A stretch of DNA of 64,000 bases, from assembly GCA_046346795.1 (NCBI GenBank), contig JAXMHJ010000019.1, positions 1,305-65,304 of the forward strand, read 5' to 3'. A program made the translations under genes and the position numbers. This DNA is from Kiritimatiellia bacterium (lineage in GTDB: Bacteria > Verrucomicrobiota > Kiritimatiellia > SS1-B-03-39 > UBA6053). Shown piece after piece: positions 1-7,831 of this stretch (positions within the stretch are counted from its first letter, which is position 1; the number at the start of each line of letters is the position of its first letter). Below the pieces are notes generated by a model that did not search any database, was not told the origin of the DNA, and saw only the letters and a list, made by a program, of their open reading frames with translations.

Positions 1-527
1 TTCCCATGAGCTCCTTGGTGACCTACCACTTCCCCGCGCGAGGGGAAAAGCCGCCGGTGGTCATGAAGTGGTATGAACGGGGGCGCGACGTCCCCCTGCC
101 CAAACGTTGGGAGGCAGGCAAGACCCTTGAAGGGGAGGGTGGAATGTACATGGAGGGTTCCAAGGAAACCCTCTACCACGGCGGCATGCGCCCCGACTCG
201 CCCCGGATCACGCCGAACGCCCGCTACACCGAGCTGAAACCCGACCTGGCCAAAATCGAACGCATCCCCTCCTGCAAGGGCGGGCCGATCGAGGAATGGA
301 TCCGCGCCATCACGGGCGAAGGCCCGATGCCCGGCTCCAGCTTCGATTACGCCGCGCCCCTGACCGAGGTGGTGCTGCTCGGCGCGCTCGCGCAGCGGAC
401 CGGAAAGACGATCGAATGGGACCCCGTGACCATGACCGTCAAGGGACAACCGGAGCTGGCGGAGTGGATCAAGGAACCGGTCCGCGAAGGCTGGCGGTAC
501 GGGGAGAATCTCTGGAAGCAGTCCTGA
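1..527 (+). CDS. Gfo/Idh/MocA-type oxidoreductase, C-terminal fragment (5' end lies outside the window)
   Basis: The frame of ORF 6..527 stays open to the left edge. The composition is balanced and non-shadow. The C-terminal sequence (...GGPIEEWIRAITGEGPMPGSSFDYAAPLTEVVLLGALAQRTGKTIEWD...) resembles the C-terminal domain of PVC-type Gfo/Idh/MocA dehydrogenases. The family call is from memory. Confidence 0.55.
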   Translation, partial: PMSSLVTYHFPARGEKPPVVMKWYERGRDVPLPKRWEAGKTLEGEGGMYMEGSKETLYHGGMRPDSPRITPNARYTELKPDLAKIERIPSCKGGPIEEWIRAITGEGPMPGSSFDYAAPLTEVVLLGALAQRTGKTIEWDPVTMTVKGQPELAEWIKEPVREGWRYGENLWKQS

Positions 528-601
528 CTCCGGAAGCGCTGGTTGTCCCCCGACAAAAGACCTGACTCCGCCGGTCATCCCGCTATGCTGCCGCCCCCTC
601 C

Positions 602-2650
602 ATGACCGACCCCGCCCAGCTCCTCGAAACCTCCCCGTTCGCGGGGGCGCTGCCGGCCCTGCGCATCTTCGCCGCCGGGGCGGCGTGGCTGTGGCTGTGG
701 CCGGAGGCGCTCGCGGCCCCGGCGGAACGCTGGCGGCGGATCGTGTGCGCCGGGGGGCTGGCGGCGGCGACCGGCCTGGCCGGGCTGCTGCTGCCGCTGA
801 CCCTGCTGTCGTCGTGGGGCTGGATGGCGCCGTGGACGATCAACGCCGTCTCGATCGCGGTTCCGGTCACCGGAACGTTTTTCGCCCTGGTGTTCCGGTC
901 ACCGGAACTTTGGCCCCGGGCGCGCGCGGCCTTGCCCGCCGCCGCCGCCGCCATGGTCCTGTTCACCGTCGCGCTGCTGCTGCCGAACCGGGGCGAGAAC
1001 ATCGCCGGCGGGCAGGACCCCGGGGTGTATCCGGCGCAGGGGATGCAACTTCTCGCGACCGGCGGGAAGGCGCAGCCGGATCCGCTGATGGCGCGGCTGA
1101 CCCCCGCCGAGCGGCCGGACTTCGTCGACGACCTCCACGGCTACACGGCGCTGTTCCCGGCGGTGCCGCTGCGCGGCGGGTCGGTCAACGGCCCGGGCTA
1201 CTTCTTCCCGCTCACCCCGGTGTGGATCGCCGTGTGCGGGCACGACGCGGGGCTGCGGGGCGCGGTGCGGTCGGCCCATTTCACCGCGATCCTCTCGCTG
1301 CTGCTGATGGCGGGGCTGGTCGCGGCCAACCGCGGATCGGCGGCGTTCGCGCTGTCGGCCTGCGCGCTGCTCGCCGCGCAGCCGGTCTGGATCTACCACT
1401 GGAACGTGCCCACCTCGGAGATGCTGGACCTCTGCCTGATGCTCTCGATCGGGCTGGTGCTCGACCACCGCACCGCGTCGCCGGCGGCGGCGGCCCTGCC
1501 GGGGCTGCTGTTCCTGGCGGCGGTGCTCAACCGGCTGGCCTTCCTGCCCTTCGGCGGCTGCCTCATGGCGCTGTGCGCCTGGCGCGACCTGGGCGACCCC
1601 GCGCGCGGCCGGGTGTTGTTCTCCCGCCTGGCCCAGGCGGCCGGGCTGGCGGCGGGGGCGGGGCACGACTGGTTCCACCACGCCGAGGCGATCGGGCGGC
1701 TGGGCGGGACGCCCGCGGTGCTGTGGAAGCTCTGCGCGGCGCTGGGCGTGCTGGCGCTGGCGCTGGACGCCGGCGCGAAGCCCTTCGCCCCGCTGCGCAG
1801 GGTCGGGGTGCGGATCATCGGCGCGCTCATCCTGCTGAGCATCGCGGCGTACCTGCTGGACCGGCCGGCCTCGCGCGTCATCTTCCGGGTGTCCGCCTCG
1901 GGCGGCTTCGCCTTCATCGGGCACGCGGCCGCGCTGCTGGCGCTGGCGGGCGCGGGGTTGTTCTGCCTCCGGCCCGCGTGGCTGGCGGGGTCGCTGCCGT
2001 CGTTCGCGCTGTTCCTGTTCGCGGCGATGATGGCGCTGCTGAGCCGCAGCGAGATCACCGCGCAGTTCCCGTACGCGACCCGCCGCGCCCTGTCCTACGC
2101 CGTGCCGCTGGTGGCGCTGCTGGGCGGGCTGGCCGTGTCGGCGGCGTGGGAGCGTCTGCGGGGCCGGGCCCGCGGGCCGGCCGCGGCGGCGCTGCTGCTG
2201 GTGCTCGTGCTGCAGGCGCCGATGGCGCGGCGGGCGTGGACCACGGCGCCGTACGCGGGCCTGGGCGGGGCGCTGGGGCGGATCGCGCGCGAGATCGGCC
2301 CGGACGACGTCGTGCTGTGCGACCACTTCACCTGGGCGACGCCGCTGCGCATGATCTTCCAGCGGCCCGCGTACTGTCCCTCGGAGCAGTGGATCCGCGA
2401 CCCCGCCGCGTGCGGGCGCGTGATGGCCGCCGCACAACGCCTGCGCCGCGAGGGCGTGCGCGTGCTGCTGCTGACCTCCACGGAGCAGGGGCCCGCCGTC
2501 TTCCCGTCGACGCCGCCGCTGACGCCGGGGCGGGTGACGGGCTTTGCGCAGACGAACCGGGTGGTGGTGCAGTCGAAAAACGTCCGCGACTTCGCCACGA
2601 TCCCGCGCGTGAAGGAGTTTGCGCTTTACTCGCTGGAGGCGGAGCCGTAA
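602..2650 (+). CDS. Polytopic inner-membrane protein, possibly a GT-C (ArnT/PMT-like) glycosyltransferase
   Basis: This 682-aa ORF has many Leu/Ala/Gly-rich hydrophobic segments along its first ~520 aa and a soluble C-terminal ~150 aa. The overlapping frame 685..3186 is Arg/Gly/Pro-rich shadow over this span. The functional guess rests on topology only. Confidence 0.6.
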   Translation: MTDPAQLLETSPFAGALPALRIFAAGAAWLWLWPEALAAPAERWRRIVCAGGLAAATGLAGLLLPLTLLSSWGWMAPWTINAVSIAVPVTGTFFALVFRSPELWPRARAALPAAAAAMVLFTVALLLPNRGENIAGGQDPGVYPAQGMQLLATGGKAQPDPLMARLTPAERPDFVDDLHGYTALFPAVPLRGGSVNGPGYFFPLTPVWIAVCGHDAGLRGAVRSAHFTAILSLLLMAGLVAANRGSAAFALSACALLAAQPVWIYHWNVPTSEMLDLCLMLSIGLVLDHRTASPAAAALPGLLFLAAVLNRLAFLPFGGCLMALCAWRDLGDPARGRVLFSRLAQAAGLAAGAGHDWFHHAEAIGRLGGTPAVLWKLCAALGVLALALDAGAKPFAPLRRVGVRIIGALILLSIAAYLLDRPASRVIFRVSASGGFAFIGHAAALLALAGAGLFCLRPAWLAGSLPSFALFLFAAMMALLSRSEITAQFPYATRRALSYAVPLVALLGGLAVSAAWERLRGRARGPAAAALLLVLVLQAPMARRAWTTAPYAGLGGALGRIAREIGPDDVVLCDHFTWATPLRMIFQRPAYCPSEQWIRDPAACGRVMAAAQRLRREGVRVLLLTSTEQGPAVFPSTPPLTPGRVTGFAQTNRVVVQSKNVRDFATIPRVKEFALYSLEAEP

Positions 2651-2661
2651 CCGCCGGGACC

Positions 2662-3186
2662 ATGATCCTGCCCCGCGCCATCTGCCTGCTGTTGCTGGCC
2701 GCCCCGCCGCCGGGCCGGGCCGCGGAGGCGGTCGCCCCGGTCCCGGACGGCGCCGTGGTGCTCGACATCGGCACCCCCGCCGTCAAGAAGGCGAACCTGC
2801 GCCGGGGCTGGAGCATTCCCGAGGGCATCCCCGGCCGCCTGGTCAACTGGACCAACCGCATGGAGGCCGACATCGAGGTGGCGCTCCCCGCCCCGGCCGA
2901 CCGCGAGGTGGAGGTGACCGCCGTCCCGTTCTTCATCATGGGCCGCCGCCAGCGCGCGGGCCTCTTCGTCAACAACCGCTTCGCCGGCGACTGGGTGTAC
3001 GGCGAGGAGCCCGGTTTCGAGACGCACCGCGTGCGCGTCCCCGCCGCGCTGTGGAAGGAGGGGGTGAACGTGCTCACCCTCCGCGTCGCCTACATCGGCC
3101 GCAACAAGGGCCTGGAGCGCCGCAAGCTCGGGCTGAAGGTCGACTCGGTTTCGATCCTGCCCGCCGCCCCCGCGGAGGGCCGCTGA
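2662..3186 (+). CDS. Secreted hypothetical protein (signal peptide)
   Basis: The ATG at 2662 lies in the frame of ORF 685..3186. The N-terminus MILPRAICLLLLAAPPPGRAAEA is signal-peptide-like and is followed by ordinary composition. The gene starts 12 nt after the preceding stop. Confidence 0.6.
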   Translation: MILPRAICLLLLAAPPPGRAAEAVAPVPDGAVVLDIGTPAVKKANLRRGWSIPEGIPGRLVNWTNRMEADIEVALPAPADREVEVTAVPFFIMGRRQRAGLFVNNRFAGDWVYGEEPGFETHRVRVPAALWKEGVNVLTLRVAYIGRNKGLERRKLGLKVDSVSILPAAPAEGR

Positions 3187-3187
3187 C

Positions 3188-4015
3188 ATGACGGAGTCCC
3201 TCGGCCTCATCGCCGGCAAGGGCGCGTACCCGCTCGAGCTGGCCGAATCCGCCCGCGCCCGGGGCGTGAAGCGCATCTTCGCCGTCGCCTTCCGGCACGA
3301 GACCGACAAGTCCATCAACCGCCTGTGCGACGAGGTGCGCTGGATGTACGTGGGCCAGCTCGCCGCGTTCCTCGACGCCTTCCGCGCCTCCGGCGTGCGC
3401 GAGGCGGTGATGGCGGGGCAGATCACCCCCTCGCACCTCTTCTCCCTGCGCCTCGACGCGCCCATGCGCGCGCTGCTGGCCGCCCTGCCGCGCCGCAACG
3501 CCGACACCATCTTCGGGGCGATCGGCGACGAGCTGCGCAAGGCCGGCGTGGACCTGCGGCCGGCCAGCCTCTTCATGGAGTCGCGCATGCCCGGCCCCGG
3601 CGTGCTCACCGCGCGCGCGCCGACGCCGGAGGAGCGCGCCGACCTCGCCTTCGGCTTCCGCATCGCCAGGCTCTCCAGCGAAAACCACATCGGGCAGACC
3701 GTCGTCGTGCGCCGCGGGACGGTCATCGCGGTCGAGGCCTTCGAGGGCACCGACGCGACGATCCGCCGCGCCGGCAAGCTGGCGGGGAAGGGGTGCGTGG
3801 TGGTGAAGGTCGCCATGCCGGGCCACGACATGCGCTGGGACATCCCGGTGGTGGGGCTGCGCACGCTCGAATCGCTGCGCAAGGCCGGCGCCACCTGCCT
3901 GGGCGTCGAGGCCCACCGCGCCATCGTGCTGCAGCGCGCGGAGGTGGTGGCCGAGGCCGGCCGCCGCGGCATCGCCATCGAGGTGCTGGATCCCGGAGCA
4001 TTGCCAACCGCCTGA
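3188..4015 (+). CDS. lpxI: UDP-2,3-diacylglucosamine diphosphatase LpxI (DUF1009 family)
   Basis: 275 aa. The N-terminal LGLIAGKGAYPLELA and the C-terminal GQTVVVRRGTVIAVEAFEGTDATIRRAG...MRWDIPVVG match my recollection of LpxI family signatures. The gene starts 1 nt after the upstream stop. Confidence 0.7.
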   Translation: MTESLGLIAGKGAYPLELAESARARGVKRIFAVAFRHETDKSINRLCDEVRWMYVGQLAAFLDAFRASGVREAVMAGQITPSHLFSLRLDAPMRALLAALPRRNADTIFGAIGDELRKAGVDLRPASLFMESRMPGPGVLTARAPTPEERADLAFGFRIARLSSENHIGQTVVVRRGTVIAVEAFEGTDATIRRAGKLAGKGCVVVKVAMPGHDMRWDIPVVGLRTLESLRKAGATCLGVEAHRAIVLQRAEVVAEAGRRGIAIEVLDPGALPTA

Positions 4016-4035
4016 AGGAGCGGTAGTCTTCCCCC

Positions 4036-4476
4036 ATGACCGCCGCCGAAAAACTCGACTGGGCGATCGCCACCTGCCGCGCCGCGGGCTTCCGCCGCAC
4101 CCGGTCGCTCAAGCGGGTCCAGCGGCGGGGGGGCCAGCGCGACCTGCCCATTCCCGTGGCCGACCTGGCGGCCGACCCCGACCTCAAGAGTTCGCACGAC
4201 AAGGCCACCGTCTACCGCATCCTCAGCCGGCTCGACGAGCTGGGCCTGGTCCGCCGCGTCGGCCTGCACGAGCGCAGCGCCGCCTACGCCCTGCACGTGC
4301 CCAACCAGCACCACGACTACCTCATCTGCACCGGGTGCGGCGGCATGTCCGGCCTGCCCGGCGACTGCCCGGTGGGCCTGCTGTCCGGAAAGCTCAGCAA
4401 GACCATCGGCTTCAACGTCACCCGCCACGAACTCATTCTCTGGGGCACCTGCGCGAAGTGTTCCGCGCCGGGTTGA
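4036..4476 (+). CDS. Fur-family metal-responsive transcriptional regulator
   Basis: 146 aa. It has a winged-helix segment (KATVYRILSRLDELGLVRRV) and a C-terminal metal site pattern (HHDYLICTGCG ... WGTCAKC) typical of Fur/Zur/PerR proteins. Confidence 0.7.
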   Translation: MTAAEKLDWAIATCRAAGFRRTRSLKRVQRRGGQRDLPIPVADLAADPDLKSSHDKATVYRILSRLDELGLVRRVGLHERSAAYALHVPNQHHDYLICTGCGGMSGLPGDCPVGLLSGKLSKTIGFNVTRHELILWGTCAKCSAPG

Positions 4477-4525
4477 TTCCCGGGGCCATGGGGCTTGCGG
4501 CTGCGGCCAGCAACAGGAGACGGCG

Positions 4526-4894
4526 ATGTTCTTCAGGAAGCTGATGGGGGTGTGGGTGCTGGCCGTCGCCGGCGCCCTGGTCTCGTATGGAACCCCGGAC
4601 GTTCCCGCGCCGCCGGCCCCGCCCGCCGCGGAGGATCCGGATGCCCTGGAGTTGGGGCGGAAGGTGCTGGCGGTCCAGCGCGCCATCCAGGATCCCACGT
4701 CCCCGGGCGCGATGGAGGCCGTGACCGCGCTTGGGCATGACCAGCGGTATTATGTCATGGTGCGCGGCTGGCTTTCCCAGCAACTCGCGGCCGATCGCAG
4801 CCTGCGCGACGCGAACAAGGAACGCACCCCGAAGCCCGTGCTCGACCGGATCGATTTCCTCCAGAAGGCGATCCGCGCGATTGATCTGGAGTAG
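4526..4894 (+). CDS. Small secreted hypothetical protein
   Basis: 122 aa. It has an N-terminal signal-like segment (MFFRKLMGVWVLAVAGALVSYG) and ordinary composition, and is followed by a terminator hairpin. Confidence 0.55.
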   Translation: MFFRKLMGVWVLAVAGALVSYGTPDVPAPPAPPAAEDPDALELGRKVLAVQRAIQDPTSPGAMEAVTALGHDQRYYVMVRGWLSQQLAADRSLRDANKERTPKPVLDRIDFLQKAIRAIDLE

Positions 4895-4922
4895 CGCGGG
4901 CGCCCGCATCCCCACCGGGACC

Positions 4923-4949
4923 GCCGGCTTCCAGCCGGCTGTCTTTTCT
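4923..4949 (+). terminator. Rho-independent terminator candidate
   Basis: A 7-bp perfect stem (gccggct at 4923-4929 pairing with agccggc at 4933-4939) has a 3-nt loop and is followed by tgtcttttct. It sits 29 nt after the stop at 4894. Confidence 0.6.
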
Positions 4950-4979
4950 AAGTAAAGCTGGAAGGCTGGAATGGGGGAG

Positions 4980-5169
4980 CACGCCCAGCCGCGGTAGTGT
5001 CTTCAGGCGCAAAGACACCAAGAAAGGGTTTTTAACCACCGAGAGCACAGAGGTCACAGAGAAGGATTCCAAACTTTATGCTCTGCGCTCTCTGTGTTCT
5101 GTGGTGAAAATATTATGATGGATGCACAGCTATTTTGGCGTCTTGAATCCGCTCTGGCGGGTGGGTGTG
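4980..5169. repeat. ~190-bp nested imperfect palindromic element, copy A (MITE/REP-like)
   Basis: The outer arms cacgcccagccgcggtag...ggcgcaaagac and ggcgtcttgaa...gggtgggtgtg are reverse complements. The inner arms are caccgagagcacagaggtcacagagaa and ctctctgtgttctgtggtg. The same element recurs at 60865..61053. Confidence 0.7.
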
Positions 5170-5262
5170 AAATCCGAAATCCAAGTGGCAACATGATCAT
5201 TTTGGAAGAGCCGGAAAGGTTCTTCCGGAAAGTTTATGTTTGGGTGTTCTATAACCTCAACT

Positions 5263-5402
5263 TTTTTCCCGCAGAGGCGCAGGGGCGCAGAGAAGGTTTC
5301 GGAAACAACAAACAACAAGCCCTTGCAAAGCCACGCAGAATGTGGAGTGGAGGTTGGACATCCCGACCCCTTCTCCGCGCCTCTGCGCCTCCGCGGGAAA
5401 AA
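5263..5402. repeat. 34-bp inverted repeat pair with a ~72-bp spacer
   Basis: Left arm: tttttcccgcagaggcgcaggggcgcagagaagg (5263-5296). Right arm: ccttctccgcgcctctgcgcctccgcgggaaaaa (5369-5402). The arms are reverse complements with 3 mismatches. Confidence 0.65.
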
Positions 5403-5523
5403 TATGCAGTTATCTTGCCGAAATCGCCCGGAAGAGCACGAAATCCCCTTGATTCTGTCGGATATAGGGGTAATGGGGGAAAGCATGAGATCTGTTCGAT
5501 CAACCACCTGTTAGGCAGAAATC

Positions 5524-6147
5524 ATGAAGACACTTAAGCTAATATATTACATAGCACTAGCGTGCGCACTGGGCGCATGCGCAACGACTTCTTCTAGGGT
5601 TCGCGTAGCAAACGCGGCTGCCGAAGAGAATAATGCAGCGCTTGCCCAATCCATCAGGCGGCACGACATGGCTAGCGTCACGGAACTACTGTCCGGAAAA
5701 AACATAAATACCGAGTTATACTACAGGCAGTTGACGGTCGATCTGCCTCCGCTTTTCCTCGCTGCCCAAACAGATAATCATGATCTTGTAGAGTATCTTT
5801 TGAAGAAGGGTGCGAATCCCTCTTTTACACGCTCCACCGCGAAAGATAATGTCCTGCACTTTACCACTTCTCCAAAGATAATGGATCTCTTGATCGGCCA
5901 CGGAGCCAACATGAACTCACTTGATTATTGGGGCAGAACCCCACTCGTGAGCGCAATCAAGGCGGGCTGGACTTCGGAAATCGTGGGATTCTTTATTGAA
6001 CGAAGTCCTGATTTGAACACACTAAACCACGAGACGCAAACGGCCCTCAATATTATTCGGGCAGAAAAACAGAGATTGGACAGTATAGAGCGGATGCTGG
6101 TCTCTCGCGGAGCTAAGACAGCATCGGAAATCAAAAATCAAAAATGA
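5524..6147 (+). CDS. Ankyrin-repeat lipoprotein
   Basis: 207 aa. The N-terminus has a lipobox (YIALACALGAC). There are at least three ankyrin-like repeats (LFLAAQTDNHDLVEYLLKKGANP; NVLHFTTSPKIMDLLIGHGANMN; GRTPLVSAIKAGWTSEIVGFFIERSPDLN). The gene is visibly AT-richer than its flanks. Confidence 0.75.
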   Translation: MKTLKLIYYIALACALGACATTSSRVRVANAAAEENNAALAQSIRRHDMASVTELLSGKNINTELYYRQLTVDLPPLFLAAQTDNHDLVEYLLKKGANPSFTRSTAKDNVLHFTTSPKIMDLLIGHGANMNSLDYWGRTPLVSAIKAGWTSEIVGFFIERSPDLNTLNHETQTALNIIRAEKQRLDSIERMLVSRGAKTASEIKNQK

Positions 6148-6181
6148 GCCTAACATGCGCTGCAGCGAACCCGGCGTGTGC

Positions 6182-6597
6182 ATGGGGACGGGCCCAACGT
6201 GTTCTCTCCGCGGTCTTTGCGTGCTTGAGCGAAGCGGGCGAGAGAAGCGGTTTCCGCGGCGATACGTCGGACAAGGTTCGGGCGGAGCGATGACGTCCCA
6301 CCGACGGTCGGTTGTCGCCGCAGCCGCAGCCTCCATGGGCGGGAGGTTTTGCCAATCGGGAGAACGGGGGAACCACTTTACGCAAGCGCACGTACGTCCG
6401 ACCGTGAATACACCTGCCCGCATGCCAAGCTTGTCATCCCGAGTGCACACGAGGGATCTGCCCGCCTCGGCGGGCTTCCCTTATCAAACTCGCTTCGCGA
6501 GTAGATTCCTCACCCGCTTCGCGGGATTCGGAATGACCATGCCTCCGTCCCCAGGTTATTCCCCGTGCCTCAGGATGATGGGGACGGGCCCAACGTG
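6182..6597. repeat. 20-bp perfect direct repeat pair bracketing a non-coding segment
   Basis: atggggacgggcccaacgtg occurs at 6182-6201 and again at 6578-6597. The 376 bp in between show no convincing coding signal. Confidence 0.6.
6460..6525 (-). terminator. Cluster of three short GC hairpins downstream of the minus-strand ATPase gene
   Basis: The three hairpins are gcccgcc-tc-ggcgggc (6460-6475), actcgc-ttc-gcgagt (6488-6502) and cccgc-ttc-gcggg (6513-6525). They lie 85-150 nt beyond the stop at 6608 on the minus strand. There is no clear U-tract, so a terminator role is tentative. Confidence 0.35.
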
Positions 6598-6607
6598 CTC
6601 GCGGAGC

Positions 6608-7748
6608 TCATGAACGAACGATGCAGTCCTGGAGGGGGCGGGCGGTGATCCGGTCGTCGATGGCATAGGAGCGCGTGCCGGGATAGACCACCCAGAGTTC
6701 GTCCGCGCCCGTGTCGGCCATCGCCAGGTGCATCGAACGGGTGGCGCGCGGAGCATCGGCTCGTTTGAATTCCACGGCGATTTTCCGGCCGCGGGTTTCC
6801 ATCAGCAGGTCGAGTTCGGAGCCGCTGTGGACCGCGAAGAACCAGGCGTGGTCGGGTTGGTGCGCCCGCACGATCTCTTCCAGTGCAAAACCCTCCCAGG
6901 AGGCGCCCAGCTTGGGATGGGTCATCAGGTCGGCGGCGGTGTGAATGCCGCTGAGGGTGTGGAAGAGGCCGGAGTCGCGAAAGTAGATCTTGGGGCTCTT
7001 GACCAGGCGTTTGCCCAGGTTGGCCTGCCAGGGCGGCAGGCGGCGGATCATGTAGGTCTGTTCCAACGCATCGAGATAGGCACGGGCGGTGTTGGGGGCG
7101 ACGCCCAGCGAAGCGGCCATCTCGCTGCCGTTCCAAAGTTGGGCGTGGTAATGGGCCAGCATGGTCCAGAACCGGCCCGCATCAACGCCGAAGGCCGAAC
7201 CCCAGCGCCGCCAGATCACGTTCCAAAAAGGTCTGGATAAAATTCTTCCGCCAGGTCGCGCTGCCCTCCTCATCGGCGGCCAGGAATGACCGCGGAAAGC
7301 CCCCGCGTTGCCAGAGGGTCTCCCGGGCTTTGGGCGGCAATTCGCCCAGATCGAAGCCGCGCATCTCGATGACTTCCACCCGTCCCGCCAGCGACTCGGC
7401 CGCCTGTCGGGAAAGCTCGGGCGACGCGCTGCCAAGAATCAGGAAGGTGGCCGGAGAGGCTTCGCGATCGGCCAGCACGCGGAGCACGGGAAAGATGGCG
7501 GGCTGGCGTTGCGCTTCATCGATCACCACCAATCCGCGCAGACCCTGGAGTGCCGTCATGGGTTGCTCAAAGATGCGGGCGACGGCCGGATCGTCCAGAT
7601 CGAAATACTGGGCGTGCCCGGCGGGTATCATTTGCCGTGCAAGGGTGGTCTTGCCGCATTGGCGGGGACCCAGCAACGCAACCACGGGATTACGGCTCAG
7701 CGCTTTCCGAACACGCTCCAGATAGAGAGACCTTGAAATCACTTTCAT
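6608..7748 (-). pseudogene. AAA+ ATPase with DUF4143 C-terminal domain, interrupted by one frameshift
   Basis: The N-terminal part is in ORF 7182..7850 from the Met at 7748 (MKVISRSL...), with a Walker A motif (GPRQCGKTT) and a DEAQ box. The C-terminal part is in ORF 6608..7435 (RFWTMLAHYHAQLWNGSEMAASLGV...KSPKIYFRDSGLFHTL). The frames must be joined near 7185-7215. Confidence 0.75.
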
Positions 7749-7831
7749 GGTTGAAATCTTGCAGCGACATTGACGATTTTCAAGCCAGAAAGAATCTGTC
7801 GTCCGCGCAACCCTTCTGGTAGCGTGCGCGG

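Noticed and set aside
685-2661. The upstream 659 codons of the 833-aa ORF 685..3186.
   Set aside because: This is Arg/Gly/Ala/Pro-rich shadow overlapping the hydrophobic membrane-protein frame 602..2650. Only the last 174 codons, from ATG 2662 with a signal peptide, look like a gene.
5094-5537. ORFs 5094..5537, 5130..5507 (-), 5236..5514 and 5249..5503 (-) in the AT-richer region.
   Set aside because: All are laid over the palindromic element and the 34-bp inverted repeats, and the mirror-image ORFs on both strands are a consequence of the palindromes. They have no start context, no motifs and odd composition.
6182-6597. The possibility that the repeated 20-mer marks a CRISPR array.
   Set aside because: There are only two copies, the spacing is 376 bp rather than about 30-40 bp, the repeat has no palindromic core, and there are no cas genes in the window.
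6155-6613. A 152-aa plus-strand ORF and antisense ORFs 6022..6450 and 6131..6391 between the ankyrin gene and the ATPase gene.
   Set aside because: They span the 20-bp direct repeats and hairpin cluster. The translation is Arg/Ser/Gly/Cys-rich and lacks features. This is more likely non-coding repeat or terminator DNA.
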